DNA of 64,000 nt from Phoronis australis (taxonomy: Eukaryota > Animalia > Phoronida). Location of the stretch: assembly GCA_002633005.1 (NCBI GenBank), contig NMRA01000207.1, positions 395,470 through 459,469 of the forward strand, in the 5' to 3' direction. Of the stretch, positions 33,306 through 48,300 are shown in pieces (position 1 is the first letter of the stretch; every line of letters starts with the position of its first letter). The translations under genes were made by a program, and so were the position numbers. A model generated the notes under the pieces. That model did no database searches, was not told where the DNA came from, and saw only the letters and a list, made by a program, of their open reading frames with translations.

Positions 33306-33706
33306 AGTGCCGTCCACACACAGTCTACCCTAATACAACTTGCACTCATGCAACTTACCACACTTGTACGTGGAGCGTCCACACACACATACTTGATAAC
33401 TCGGGTAAGACGTAAGTTGTCGCTCTATACGTGGCAATGAACGCCTAATGCGAGTGCAGCGCACAAAAGAAAACCCATCTGTAAGTAACCGCACCTTATA
33501 ATTACTTCCACCCTACCTCACTTTTGTGGCCGCACAGCAATTACAAGTTACCCTAGAACAAGTTACCATACCTCCATAAGGTGGAGTTAGTTGTCACAAG
33601 AGGGTTAAAATGCACCGCGTTGAATACTGTCCAAACAGCACTCTAAACTTGGGGCAAATCATTCCAGGAGTAACTGGTTCTAGGGTAAGTCTGAGTGGAC
33701 AGCACT
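33306..33706. mobile_element. PIF/Harbinger-type MITE
   Basis: TTA|AGTGCCGTCCACAC...CTACCCTA and TAGGGTAAGTCTGAGTGGACAGCACT|TTA; TTA TSD. Confidence 0.75.
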
Positions 33707-35173
33707 TTAGTTTTGTTGGTGGCGGATGAAGAGTTCCTATCTGCTTTAAGAATGGTGTAAATTTTGCTCATTCTTTTGAGAATTGTACAAGTTATGTCAT
33801 TAGAATGTAACCTTCTCAAAGTAAGAAAGGCTGACCACTCCAATTTAGAATAGGACAGGAGATATTCGCAAGTCTAACAAGCTTGCACAGGTGAAAAATT
33901 TTATCACACCTCCGATTTGCCTTCTCATTCCGACCGCACATGGACACTGCATAACAAATGCATATAACTTTTATAAAACAACTTTGTATTTAATAAATAA
34001 CAACAGACAAGTACAATAAAAGTTTTTCAGTGAAAGACAATTTTTATGTGAATGTGAGACTATATATAAAGTAGTGAACCCTTATATCCAGTATCTTCAT
34101 ATAAGTAACATAGACAATATATCTCAACAACTAACCTTGCATCATGTCCAAACAGTGTTTTTACCTTTAAATAGATGGTGAATTCTTCAATACAATCAAA
34201 AGTAGTGTTAAGTAAACTAAAAAGGAGCCAGAATGAAGTCGTACAGGTATAAGTGAAAAATATATATGGCATACCAGTTGCCACATTGGCCATGTTCATC
34301 ATTTTCATACACTGCAACAATTTTTCGCATGGTCGCCAACAGATGGCACTAAATTGGTTCAATGTCCACAACATCTTGCAGCTCTCCTACCCACTGTTCA
34401 AAATCTCTATAGGGTACTGGCAGCCTCCTGAATACTTTTCTGAATGCAGCTAGACATACATCAGAACAGACATAGAATGGAAAAAAATTGCTGCTGCTAA
34501 AATATATTTGACAAACAGCTTATTATACACAAAAATCATCACAACTTGTGATTATAACTAGATAATTAGGCCAAAATATGTTTCAGTGATAAGTCTTAGG
34601 CCCCAATGATTTCTTAAAAATAACATCACTGATAGAAATTGGCCACATCATAACACCAGGATCATCGGTCATATTATAAACAAATTACAGAAATATTAAA
34701 ATACAGTCCCTTATCATCAATGACTTGTATAAAAAATTACATCATGTCACTTCAAAAACGTTCCATTTAGAAAGACAAAATTTAAACACTAATTTAATAA
34801 ACTACATCACTTACAGAAACAGGTCTCCATGGTTTAATACACCGAGGGTCACAAAAATTAATCAAAAGATACTAATTCTCACAATTTCTTAAATTTTGCG
34901 TTTACCTAATGTTAGCACTAACTTATAGAACAAAAAATTCTCAAATGGCACTGACGGTGTATTTGGGCGACCAAGACGACAGCAACTGATGAAATAATAT
35001 AAAAATAACACATCAGTGATTGACATGTGAATTATTGCTCCTGTGTACTTGAACTGTGCTGAATTATTTAATATGTCTCACTTATCTGTGCAACTACTGG
35101 GTCTTGGTGCTAAATAGCACTAATCTAGCCATTAAGGTACAGTGGTGTACATAGTTGAAGACATTGTGCTTCA

Positions 35174-35532
35174 CAGTACAGTACAGTGCAGTGCAGTGCA
35201 GTGCAGTGCAGTGCAGTGCAGTATGGTACGGTACGGTACAGTGCAGTAGGTTAACTATTATACAATACTGCAGTAAAATATTGTATTGTGTAGTACATAA
35301 TTTACAACATAGTATAATAAAGAACAGCACAGAGTAATGCAATACAGAAATTACAGTACCGAACAGTAAAGTGAAGCACAGTACAGTGTAAAGAATTATG
35401 ATTAGTATTGTAAAGTAGTGCAGTACAGAACAGTACAGTACAGCATGATACAGTACAGTACAGTACAATACAGTACAGTACAGTACAGTACAGTACAGTA
35501 CAGTACAGTACAGTACAGTACAGTACAGTACA
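35174..35532. repeat. (CAGTA)n/(CAGTG)n microsatellite region
   Basis: Pure runs at about 35174-35225 and 35450-35532 with degenerate units between. Confidence 0.95.
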
Positions 35533-35874
35533 ATTCTGTATGTTCAAGTACTACACTGTACTCATGTCACACTACTTCTAGCTCATTAACAATGTCACAG
35601 TCTTTGTATCCTGCATCAAAATAGTCGATCATACAGCTCCAAATTGAGTGCATGTACCTTACTATGGAACTCAGCAAAATGGCCTAACCTAGGTACATAC
35701 GCCTATATGTGGGACATTTGAGAGGAGAAACCTTGGAAAAAAACCGTGTTGATCCACACATAGGCGCATGTGGCAATTTTCAGGGTTATGCAGTTGGCCA
35801 GCGAGAACAGTAGATTAACATTCTGATTTTATGATAAAGGCTGGTTGACATCTTTGCTCAATGGGATGGGAAAC

Positions 35875-36135
35875 TTTCAGGAAGCAATTTGGGCTGATCA
35901 CATGGGGCCGGTGACTCACAGCGCCACTTAGCTGTACAAGGCCTTACTTTGTCTTCGCAAAAAGTGGCACAGGGGAACAGCTTGACTTCATGAAAGGGCG
36001 CTTTTACAATGTATGTGACCAGACGTGATGCATTTCAACCAAAGTTAAAAAGTGCCATCTCGTCCTCTAGAGGTCACTGGTATCTGGTCCCCTGTGATTA
36101 GTTGCCACAATGCTATTTCAAAGTGTCCCCTTAGA
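35875..36135. repeat. Dispersed repeat, copy in the PDZ-gene 3' UTR
   Basis: Colinear similarity to 44190-44445 (TTTCAGGAAGCAAT, CGCCAC.T.GCTGTACAAGG, GCTTGACTTCA, TGTATGTG, TGCTA.TT.AAAGT). Confidence 0.7.
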
Positions 36136-36223
36136 CTAAAGAACAACTGATCTGACTTAAATGTCACAAACTACACTGAGATGAGTCTCTCCCGTCTCAA
36201 AGAACAGCGAGTATGATAGAAAA

Positions 36224-36378
36224 TTACACCCGCCGAACTTCAACTTTGATAACACCCTCTGGCTGTGACTTGAGGAAGTTCCATGCTTGATGATGGGTGA
36301 AAGTAGAGAAGTCCACTCCATTGGCTTGAATGATTTCATCGCCGACTGATAGTATGCCCTTTAGAGTCATGATGCTAC
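36224..36378 (-). CDS. PDZD2/IL16-like last exon (end of PDZ5, stop)
   Basis: SIMTLKGILSVGDEIIQANGVDFSTFTHHQAWNFLKSQPEGVIKVEVRRV-stop (TAA). Confidence 0.92.
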
Positions 36379-39300
36379 CTGTCAGATGTAAAATTTGTGA
36401 AATGCATTAAAAAATTCGTACTACTTGGGTTCTCTGTCACATTTTCCACCATGCAGGAACAAGCTGAGATCAATAAATAAAGTTAAGTATTCTATATCAA
36501 ATGTAAGGTTATTCTTACAGGAGGTGGGTACAATCTAAAATGCCTACAAACACAGCACTATGATTTCTAACCTAGCTATATACGGACTATACCTTTAAAG
36601 ATTCGCTTCACTCTGATTGGCTGTGGCCCAAGCGGTGACTCTCTTCCACCCTCCAGACAGAAGCCGAGTCCTGTCTTTCCCTTAGGCAGGTCCACGACCA
36701 CAGTGTCACCAACGTCACGTGATTTGGTATCACGAGGCAGAGTTTCATGTGGTATAGTATCGATGGTTGTTGTTGGCACTGGTGAAGTGCTGGACAGGTC
36801 CTGCTCATCCAAGCACCTTGCTGGATTATCTGGATAACAGCAAGTCACTAATTAGTCATACACCACAGTAAGCCAGACAAAACAATGTACCACTGGTCTA
36901 TACTTGAAAGAATTGAATATAAAAATAAAAATACAAATATTGGGGGCAAGAGCCATCTTTTCAAACACTTTGTGAAAGAGATAATTCTTTCAGATTATTA
37001 TAATATACATCAAACCTTTCCATACCAAGATTGACAGTAATCTCCACCTTAAAAAGACGATTCAGGACATCGTCAAGAAAAAGTCTTGAGGATTTATCAC
37101 ATTTGATTAGGTTGACCAACCCTGCCAAAATTGGGCACCTTCATAACACCCAGTTCGGTAGATGGAAGAAACTAAAAAAATTATAACAAGGACAAGTTTG
37201 AGTCTAGTCATCGCTAAGACAGTCATACATTGGCAAATGTGTCGTGATTTACAAAGGTGGGCTTTCAACATGAATGTGAACAGCAACTATGATCACACTT
37301 ACAAAAATACAGCGTCGCCTTGGAAATAATGTGTCTACGACTCACCACTTTAATTATGACCTCACTTTTCTAGAGTCAATCTATCTTTTTCATAGTTTTC
37401 AAGCTGACACCATAACTAGGAAGGAAAAGCCCTTTTTCAAATAATACAACGTTCTATTTGATGAAACCATAGTACAAGCATTACCGTGACTGACGGCTGG
37501 GCTCAACACCAGCACCACCTGTTGACGGGAGGTGGATAATTTTCTCATCGCCTCATCCTGAGACAGGCCCTTCAGTGTCTCACCATTCACAGACAGGAGG
37601 AAATGGCCGACATGGACATGCTCGGTCTGAGCGACACTATTGGGTTCAATTGTAGACACCTGAAGTGAGTTGAAAGATGACATTAATTTTGATATGATCG
37701 TAAAGTTGGCAATAACAACCATGTTACTGTTACCATAGAAACACTCCAGGGTTCTCATTCATGAAGTCTTTTTAGGCTCCACATAATTATTTCTGAAAAA
37801 TAAATTATTTCAACTAAGCACCAAACCAAGTCTCAGAGAATATGATGCGCATGACTGGTAACTCTATAACGTGATGTATTCATAATTATTTGGTTAAACA
37901 TTCTCTATAATTATGAAGCAAGACCAAATTTTTATATTAACTCTTAAGTCACTGTCATGAAACAGTTCCCAGAAATAAATATGGAGACTTCTTGGGTCTT
38001 ATCAGTACCTAAACGATTCATGTTGTTGCACCAAGCTGCTAATTGTTGCATTGTGAACGGACTTGCAAAGCAAGATGTGATTTTCTGCAAAAAGCTTAGA
38101 GTAATAATGGCCGTCCAAGTAATCATGTTTCATATCACAGCCTACCTTGAAACTACCACCATCAGCAGGTGCTAAGCCAATGCCTATAGACTCGTGCGCT
38201 TGTTTATGAAGTACTACGACCCTAATAGGTGTATCGTCGTCAACCCCATTCTCATCCAGGGAGCGATTAGCCTCCGCCAGAAGCTCAGCCAGCTCATCCT
38301 ACAAAAGAAAAACGTAGATCTGATGGAGTCCAACGGTCTGTTAATAATAAGAAAAAAATAAAGCACTCAAAAACTATCATTTTTCTTTGGATGTAAAAGA
38401 TTTTCCAAGTCCTTTGTGGCTGAAATAAAGGTATTTCAACTGAATTATATGTATTTTGATATTTAACAAAACTTACCAGATACCTAGATAGCCAGACAAA
38501 ACATAGAACATCCAAGAACACATTTTTGAGATATAATACAAACTTTACTTATAAGTCAACATTCATGTTGTAGGTTGACCCACATAAGGCTTTTAGTTAG
38601 TTTTCCAAGCTTTAGCATTACGTGAAATGAATGACCCAATAACTGCTTAACACCATTCCAAGACAGACACAGACACGCGCATGCACACACTCACATTCAA
38701 ACCACATACTTGAGATATAAGTGACCCCACAGATGCCATGGATGCTGACAATGATTGGTGCAGGCTGTCGGCGTCGCTGGTACTGGTCAGAGACCATGTG
38801 CGCTTGCTACGTGGTGTCCATAGCAACTGGCTACCATGACTACCACCAAACACATCACTGGCACTACTCAGGCTTAGTCCTTCACTGCTTGAACTCTGCG
38901 TGAGGTCAACAACAGGGGGAGCCTCATCCACTTTAATCTTGGGTTGAGCAGATGGCACATCATCTTCTGAGGTCATGTGTAAGGTGCCAACATGGCTTTT
39001 ATCTGCACAGACCTCAGTACTAGCATAGACCTCAGTACTCAGATTGGAGACAGTATTTTCCTTCTTTGCAGTTAATTGTTTAGCACTAAGATTCAATGGC
39101 TGAAATTTTTTCAGAGGCAGAAGATTTGATTTCAATTTATGTGCTGTATCAACATTCCCAAAATTTTCAGTAATTCGCTTAACATTGCCCTTTTGTCGAT
39201 TGGTGTCAGCAGCATCACCGTCACACTTAATTTCGGAATGTTGTCGACTTTCTTTTGATGAATCTTGCAACGATACAGATTTGATTACAGGTGTCGCCAC

Positions 39301-42300
39301 AGTGCCTAATTTTGGCAGCTTCCTCAGGACTGACTGATTTGTACCTGTTCCCAAGGTTGGTTTCTTTGAGGGTAGTTGCAAGCCCTTTAGTTTACTAGCA
39401 CTATTTGGTTTTGCTAAAACAGCAGTCTTCTCAGATGAACCGACCTTCAGTTCAGGAACTTTAAATTTGCTGTCGTCACGCAAAAACATGTTCATCTTGT
39501 TGTTTGGCTTAAGACCGGTGCTTCGGAGGAATGAGGACCTCCCAAGTGAACCAAAAGTCTTCACTTCGAATCCCTCATCACTTGAAGTTGTGGTCGCATT
39601 ATCACCTGTGTTGTTCTCAGCAGAAAGATTAAGCATTTTAATATCACCAGTTCTACATGTATCACTATGCACACTACGGGGTGCTGATGTATCATCCTTC
39701 AGTTTTGCACTATTGGCTGGCACTTGATGCAGTTCTGATTTTGACGTGGGACGTTTGACATGCAAAGAGACACTCTTCTGTGCCAAAATATTATAACTGT
39801 TCTTCGAAGGAACATCATCAGAGGACTTATTTCTATGTGTTGGAGTCACGTCACTATCCAAGTTCTCCGTATCATTTCCAGGATCTCCATTGGTTGATGC
39901 ATCGGGCAAATTTGACTTGTCTGAGCTGTTTCCTTCCTTTGCGTCCAGGGACGAGTGATTATTCATTGCTGTTTCTGATAATTCCATACCTTCATCAATG
40001 CAAGTAACTTTGACATCTGAGCTTAAGCATTCATCAGCAACTTCATGTCCAGTCCCTGAGACATCTTCCAACTGGCGCTCATTGGTCACCTCCGTTGTGT
40101 TCATTGGTTCAAAAATGACCTCAGATGAGCAAGTGTCAGTTTCATGGAGGTCAAGACTAGCTGCGCTTTGGTTTGAAGTAAGCTCGATGCTTAATTCTTT
40201 ACTCTCAACAGAATCCGCATCATTATGCACAATGTCTTGAGTCTTCTCAACACCGGCAGAAGACACCTTTGAAATGTTATTCTGATAAGCAACATCAGAA
40301 ACATTTGCTATTTTACTCCTTTCCAGTTTGAACTCGTATGCTGCCTTGGGAGTATCAGATTTCATAGCAGATCTAACGTCTCCACCAAAATTATGGTCTA
40401 TGCTTTCCGAAGCATTTGTGTGATCAACATCAGTGATTGCAATTTCTTTCACACTTTCTCTTGGTTGACAGCCAGCTTTATGCATCAGCTGTGAAACTTC
40501 TAAAGTCCCTGAAGTCATTTTGAGATCAACATCATTGTCTGTTTCTCCTTTCACAGGCTCATTTGATTTTATTTCGACCTGCTGACTTCTTTGTGAGGTT
40601 TCTGGTGGACGTATAAACAGAGCTGCAAGAGGATGAATGTCTTTGCTACTCCTGTTTTTATTACTGGAGCCATTTTGTGCGGAACTATTTTTACAAACCG
40701 GAGGTGACGATTCATCGCCATCCGGTGGTGATCTAATTCCAGACGGAGGCTGAAGAGTGGACGAGTCATCAGTGCTTGTGTCGGAGGAAGACAGCTGAGT
40801 TACTTCATGAGGACTACTGGCTCTAGAACTATCGCTTTTTCCATCTAAGCATGGTCTACTTTTAAGAATTCCTGAAACAATAAAATGGTAATGCATTTTT
40901 GCTTATCATGTCCCTTGGGACAATTACTTTGTCACAAAGCTCATACTGAGATATTGCAAAATCAATACTTAGTCACCAATCACATACTAAACAGTAGAAT
41001 ACCATTACTATTAATTTTTTGAACCAACACACAAATTGTAAATAAAATTAAAAAGGTTTTACATATTTGAAATTAGTAGAAAACAAGCTACGCTAAGAAT
41101 TCTCGAAATTAGGAAAGTGAAAAATTAATTATTTTGCTCAAGTAAGGAGCTTGTCTCACATTCTAGAAAAAAGCAATATTGTCCGTACCAAGAATCACAC
41201 TTTGTTGACTGAAAACTCACTGTCCGAAATTTGAGAAATATGTTGAACACCAAAATCACCCAAATTACAAAATCAAGAGAAAGAATATTTTGCAGGTCAA
41301 ACGAGTTTTTGTGTCTCAAATTCTAAAGACTGTCCCAAATTGGAAGAATTTTTACCGTACATAGGTAAGTTTACACTCTCCAATGATGACACATATATTG
41401 TGTGTGAAAAGGGTATTTGGTAAAACACTACAACTAGAGGATGCCGCCTGAATGGTAAAAATGGCCACCACCAAGCTTATAGGAAGGGAGAAGATTACTG
41501 TAAGTAAACTGAAGCTATGTTATTACACTCTACTGGTGGGTTTTGGAACTTCAACCTGGGATTTCTATTTCAGTCTCAATCGTTACTATGTTTGGACACC
41601 AAAATGGGATGTAACCCCTCACTAAGAGAATGAGATATCTTTATTCTCTACTGGTTATAACAATTTAAAACAGATTCATAGACTACGTCCACAATAGATC
41701 TAACCCATCTGCAGCTACTTGTCACCGTGTTCATACTTAGTACTCCACACTAATGAAATTATTCATTCCACAATGACTGCATCGGAGTTGAAAAGTTTCT
41801 ACAACACAGTATAATATCATTGACAGTAACAAATTTGTGATTAACATCACTGGAGTTGCACGGCAAATATATTCAAGAGACAATTCATAAAATGTTCCTG
41901 ATTTTCTGTGTATTAACTTTTACACGGTAACTTAAGGTGAAAGTTGATCACCATTCACACAATTTATTTTCAGAAGTCGGCCATTTGTCAAAATTTAATG
42001 AGAAACTAAAACATTCATTTTACAACTGCATACTTTTCAAAAAGATTTTGCATTTTTGGAAGTTATAGCTACGGTGATCAATGGTCATTAAAGGGAATTG
42101 GTGCACCAGACAACAATGCAGTTACTTGAGAACTCACAAAGCAAACTATGATTTGAGGGATGATCAAACACATCAACAAATATGTCAGGAATTACGTATT
42201 TGCTACGTATTTTTGATGTTTCTGTAATGGCATTGCGTAGCACCACAATGCTACATTTTTTCAGTAATTAAAACGCATTTTTGCCATGTTCATGATAAAG

Positions 42301-45300
42301 TCTTCAAACCTTCGTTTTGGCTTTTACTGGCAATCTCCTTTGTCGAAATCCAATATCATCAGCCCTGCTCGTCAGGGCCAAGAGGAGTTACCAAGGAATA
42401 AGACAATGCTCACAGTTACTAGAAGTAAGAGACTCTCATAGTAAGTAGGTACATGCAATGCATTTTGACACTTGACCATATTTTGACTTGTTTTCGTCAA
42501 TGCTATAAATTTTTTTACAAAAATTGCTGTGGTTAGAACAAAAAAATGATAACCGTGTGTGCATCACCACTGGACAGACATAATAAACTCATTAAAACTG
42601 TGCTGTTAAATGTGTTATTTCTCATAATATTAAATAGTCATGAGCTGTATGTGATCTCATTTTATTGTCTTATACACACCATTTTCTTCTCAGGGAGGCA
42701 AACTTAAACTACAATACTGTTATTAATAAACACTTTCTATCTCCTCAGTTTCTGAGCAATTGAATGAGGTAGTTAGTACATGACTCATAACTGAAAAATA
42801 TTTATTAACCACCGTCTATTTTTATGGTGGCTTTAAAAGGTCAACACAGAATTTTTCTCCAGTCCTATGGATATAATTGTCCATAATCGATAGTTAGCAG
42901 AAATCTAAAGATGTCCTTTTACAACTGCTGTAACTTTGACAGGAGCAATGCAGAGCATTGAAATGTGCCTACGAATGTACCGTAAACGGGGTGATTCTAG
43001 GGTTGTTTATCTGCATTATAAAATGGCCACTAGATGGTGCAAAAACGTCCAAAACGGGAACATGTCACCAGTTCTTTAATAGAAAACTACATACAAAAGT
43101 TCATAAAAATCTGTCAAGGAACTTCTGAGAAACAAAGGAAAACGGAAAAAAAATGAAATTGCCAATAGGGGGCTCAGCCTTCGTTGAATCCACCTGTAAG
43201 TCATCGTCTGTTGTTCGCTTCATATAACCACTAACCAAATTTAATAAAGATCGTGCACTAGGTTTATGAGATACAGCAATGGGTGCCAAATAAAACAAAA
43301 CTGTCACTAAGAGGTGCCACAGTAGTCGAAGTCATCATCGTCAACAATCCTCTTTACACTAAGAATGCCAATTTTCAAAACCATCCTTAGAATAGTTTGG
43401 TTGACAGAGGGGTGGATGCCAAAAATCACTCAAAATCAGCAAAAATGCCCATTAGGTGGCGCAAAATACCTAGATTCCATCCAAAAACGCAAGGATAGCA
43501 TCATCTCATCAATAGATTCCTATATGCCAAATTTCATAAAAATATGTTGAGGACCTTGAAGACAAAAAACTATAATTGCCACTAGGGGGCACACCAGTAG
43601 TCAAATCCGTCCGAAAATATGCGCATGCAGTCCCATCCACGAAAGGAACACATACGCAAAATTTCATGAACATACAAATATGTGGGCGCATAAAAAATGT
43701 ATGACTGTAAAAAGAAGAAGCACAGTCCTGTACTGACCAACCCCAAGACTTACTGCTTTTACCAGAAAAACAATAACTAAAAATCCGAAGGAAACTAATA
43801 ACCATGTGGTTAGTCCACAGTGTGTTGTGAAATAGCGATCACAAACACCTTACATTCGCGAGATGCAGAATATATAACATTTACCAAAATGTCACCAACA
43901 CTTACCTTCATTAGATGCCACGTCATCCAGAGTGGGCACACCCACAGACAGGTACAGACTGACTGTACCTCGAGGTACCAACTTCATTATATGTTGCACC
44001 TTAGTGTCCGACAGGTGACTCAGACACGTGCTGTTCAATGCCACTAGGTAATCTCCCACTCTGGAAATTTGCAAAAATGTCTCGGTTAAAATGGACTATG
44101 GAGGATTTTCAGGAAGCAATGGGGGCTGAGCACGTGATACTAGTAGTTAGTCTATCACATCAGCCATAATGGACAATGGAAGATTTTAGATTTTTCAGGA
44201 AGCAATGGAGACTGATCACGTGGGACTTGTAAATAGTCACATCGCCACCTGGCTGTACAAGGAGGTACCTCTTCTTTGCAGTGGGGACATGCTTGACTTC
44301 ACAAAGACATTTCCGCAGTGTATGTGGTAAGAAATGAGGGGCTTTAAACAAAAACGAAATTTCCTCATCTCCCAATAGTATGCGGTCTTACGCGATCAGT
44401 CCCGACAGTGCTACTTGAAAGTTTCCCATTTGGAGAAAGGACACTAAAAGAGCAGTTGAGGTTCAGGTTTGAATCCTGTGTTTGCTAGCAGAATATGGGA
44501 ACTGCATTTTCTCCAGTCTCTCTTTGCTCAGTCTTTGAGTCTCATGCAGTGCTAATTAGCTCAACGTGAAATCCGTAACTTCAAATTAGAATAAATCAAA
44601 TTAGTGGAGGGAATCTTCCCGTTGAAACAATTACTTAATATAAAATTCTACGATTCATTCCACAGTTTTACCGTGTGTACAGACTGAGGAATGCTAACTC
44701 GTCGTATAATAAAACCTAAAAAGTTCTACTCCAAAGCACAAACCAAAATAATAGTTTTCAAAGAAGACACTGCACAGAGCTTTAACGGAGTTCACAAAAA
44801 GAGCGAGAGTATCTAGGGTACTGATAAACAGCAGAGTCAAGCTTAAATGAGGCTAAACCAAAATGAAACTATTTCAAAAACGAGTTTGAAAACAGGACAT
44901 GAAGTACATATAAAATCTCTCTTTATGTTGCACTATGTCTATAACACAATATGGTAACACTTAAGACCAGTGTGTTTACTTTCGTCAGGGTAAAATGAAG
45001 CACTGAAAGGTGACCAGGTCAAACGATTTCAAAATTTCAACCACCTGACTGTTGGGCATCTAGCAAAAGACTGTTATGCATTAATTAGATCAACAAACTG
45101 TAACTAAAAGAACTTACTTAACGCAGCCAGACCTGCCCACTGGTCCTGACCTCTTGACCTCAGAGACGACAAAGTGGCCATTCCTTGCCTTGACGCTGAT
45201 GCCCAATCCTAGAATACCTTTCATAACATCGATCTGGAAGATGCCCATTTCGCTGCGTGAGCCATGGGCAACAGGTTTAAGCTGAGAGACTGAACTAGTT

Positions 45301-48300
45301 GACAGAGCCTTGGGAACAGACAACTTGTTAATGGAAGGCTCTCCCACAGTGGCGGGACGCGAGAACAGTTTTGGCTTGAAGGGCTTGGCGATGGGTTTAA
45401 GAAACTTGTCCTCATGCTTCTTGCTTTTGCCAAGACTGAAGATCTTGGCGGAAAGACTGAGATGCTTCTTTGGAGCCAATGTTGGCTCACTGGTCAGAAG
45501 TGGACGTGGTGCAGCAATGGCTGGAACATTTTGCAAAACTTTTTTCTCCTCATTCTCTACTGGTCCTGACCACTCAGTATACAAACTGTCGGCTGTTACT
45601 TTATCAGATCGCCTTATCTTAGTTAGAGGGGTCCTAGGCAGTCTGGGACTCTTCTGATAACTGGTTTTGTTAGTGACAGCAGGTTTAACATGAACGTCTG
45701 GAGAAGGGGCTTCTTTTTCTATAATACTTGTTGTAGCAGCTTCAAGAGAACTGGCTTCAAGAATCACATCACTCTTTACTGGCTCTACTAGAACAGCCAT
45801 TTCACTATCTGGCTCCTTGTTCTCCGAAACAATTTTCAAACAATTATCATCACTACGAGAAATGTTCACATCAACCAAAGGAACTGTTTCCTTAGATTCA
45901 GCGAGTTTCTCTACATTTTCACTCAATTCTTCTACCATGTCTGTAGACTTGATACTTCCCATCACAAGACTAGGAATATGTGGAATGTCTTTTTTCGGAA
46001 TGTCTCTTTTGTCATCATGTATCTCACAATTGTCACCAGCTTCTAGTTCCTTCTCCTGTCTACTAACTTTACCAAGAGATGTTTCTCCACCTCCCTCTTC
46101 TTCAGAACTTAATCCAACTTCATCCTCAACAGATACTTCAAAGCCACCATCAGAATCCCCACCTTTCTGCTCTGACCCTTTCTCTTCAGTCATGGATGTT
46201 GACAGTGTACCGACATCGTCTGATCCTAGTCCACTCTCCTCATCATCTCCCACTGTGAGCTTTGATCGCATTTTCAACAAGTCGTCCAAAATATTCGAAG
46301 CAGGTCTTTGCTCAGACCTTGACTTTATAACAAGAGGTTCAGAAACAACACAATTTTCATTCAAATTAGTCGATTTATTCAAATCATTCTCAATAGTTTC
46401 AATATCTTGACAAGATTCGTTTACATCAGCATCCACCTTTGTCACCTTCTCTTCTTTTCCCACTTCCCCTTCAGCAATCTTGGCTTCTTCAGCAACTATA
46501 CTCTGCACCTTTTCTTTAATGAAATCAGTCAGCTCTGCAACATCTTCATCCTCACTAGACAGATCCTCCAATTCACCCACCAGGTGATGATTCTCTTCAG
46601 TATCCTTTGTCCCAAACTTCTCAATATTAGCATCAGATGTGATGTCAGGTTCTTTCAGAGTAGATGAACTGTCAAGGTCAATGACATAGACAGGTTGTTC
46701 CACTAACAGGTCAGTGTGATTGGACTTCTCCAGGTAACTAGTGGTCAGTAGACTTTGCTTGTTGAAAGACTCATCATCATCCAGATCAATAACATCGTTA
46801 TCGTCATCAACATTTATGATTTCTGCTGCAGAAGTATCATCAAGCTTTACAGTTGTTTCATTATTCTCAACAGTTTCCGGGTAGACAACCATTTCTTCTG
46901 CAACATTTAGAGTATCCATGTCAGCTTTGTCTTCAAAAGAATCACGACGCCCTTTAGTCATTACCTGACCATCTGCCTCATCATCCATCTCAAGATCAGA
47001 CAAATCTTCTGGGAGGTCATCAACATCATTCTCTGTCTCATCCTTGAACTCCGAATCAAACTCTCTCTCCAGTTCTTCAAAGGGGTTGGCTAGAGCTTGC
47101 TTAAATTCCACAGACGTCTCAGCTACAAAGCTGGAATCATCAATGCCTTCATGTGTCAACTTTGATGGCTCTGACAGATGATCGCCTGCTAAGGGAGACA
47201 GTGAAGAACCAATTTGTCTGCTAGACACCTGACTACTCTCAGAAGTTTCCCTGGAGCTGATATCATCTAAAATAGCATCAATGTCAGTCACTGGAACATC
47301 ATCAGTTTTCACATCTGCCAGATTACCCGTTTCACTCGGTGGTGCATGTGATTTGACGATGGAAAACAAAGAAGGTCGCTGACGAGGGGCAGGTCTGGGT
47401 TTTGGTGAACTTACAATAGGTGAAACAGAAACAGGAATTGGCAATTCTTTCCTCCTGGCACCTTGATCAGCAGGAGCTTTACTGGCATCCGTTGGTGACT
47501 GTGCAAAAGTTTCTCTGGATGGAGAGTCATGCTTATGAGCAGTGATAGGGATTAGAGGAGGCTGAGGTTTTGACAGCTCTTTATGTGGCTCGGAAGATTG
47601 GGCTTGTTGCTCTAGCAGAGTGATGTGATCAAGTTTTACTGATGAATAGTCAGGCTTCACGAAGACCTCACGTACTTCATCATCACTGTCCTCTTCCAAC
47701 AAAATATCATCAAATGACTTCATCACCAGCTCAGGGTCAATCTCTTCTTCATCCTTGGCAACACCATCGTCATCTTCACTATCGTTGTCATCATCGTCCG
47801 AACTCACCCCATACATGACTGACCTCTGAAGCGATGGGCCAACATCATGTTGACTTTCAACAGGCTTCTTGTCACTTTCAGAAACATCGCAACTTTCGGA
47901 TTCTGAAGTATCTGACAAATCCTCCCCATACATAACTGAACTATTCATCTGCGGTCCCTCCGTCACAGTTCTAGTCTGTGCTTTATTGTCGTGAACCATA
48001 AAACCTTCTAACTTAACATCGTCCAGACTGGAATTAAGTTCATGTTGGGGAGACCACTCATTTACATCATCCTCAGAATAAACCGATTCGTCCGAGTCTT
48101 CTCCTTCAGAACCCTCATTATACTGCTCTGTTGTCACCAAGTTGACAGAATTCAACTCCATTGACAAGGGCGAAAGGACGATACTATTCGTATTGGTCTT
48201 AACTGTACTTTGCTGGCTATCAATGAATGAATTATCGGTAGAGCTCGGTAGGCTATGGAATGTGTGCCACATATCGCCACTGCTGTTGATTGGCCGAAGG

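Noticed and set aside
35094-35624. Cys/Tyr-rich ORFs (CTVLY and VQYST repeats)
   Set aside because: Translations of the (CAGTA)n microsatellite.
45310-46667. Plus-strand ORFs overlapping the large PDZ exon
   Set aside because: Antisense shadows of a long coding exon.
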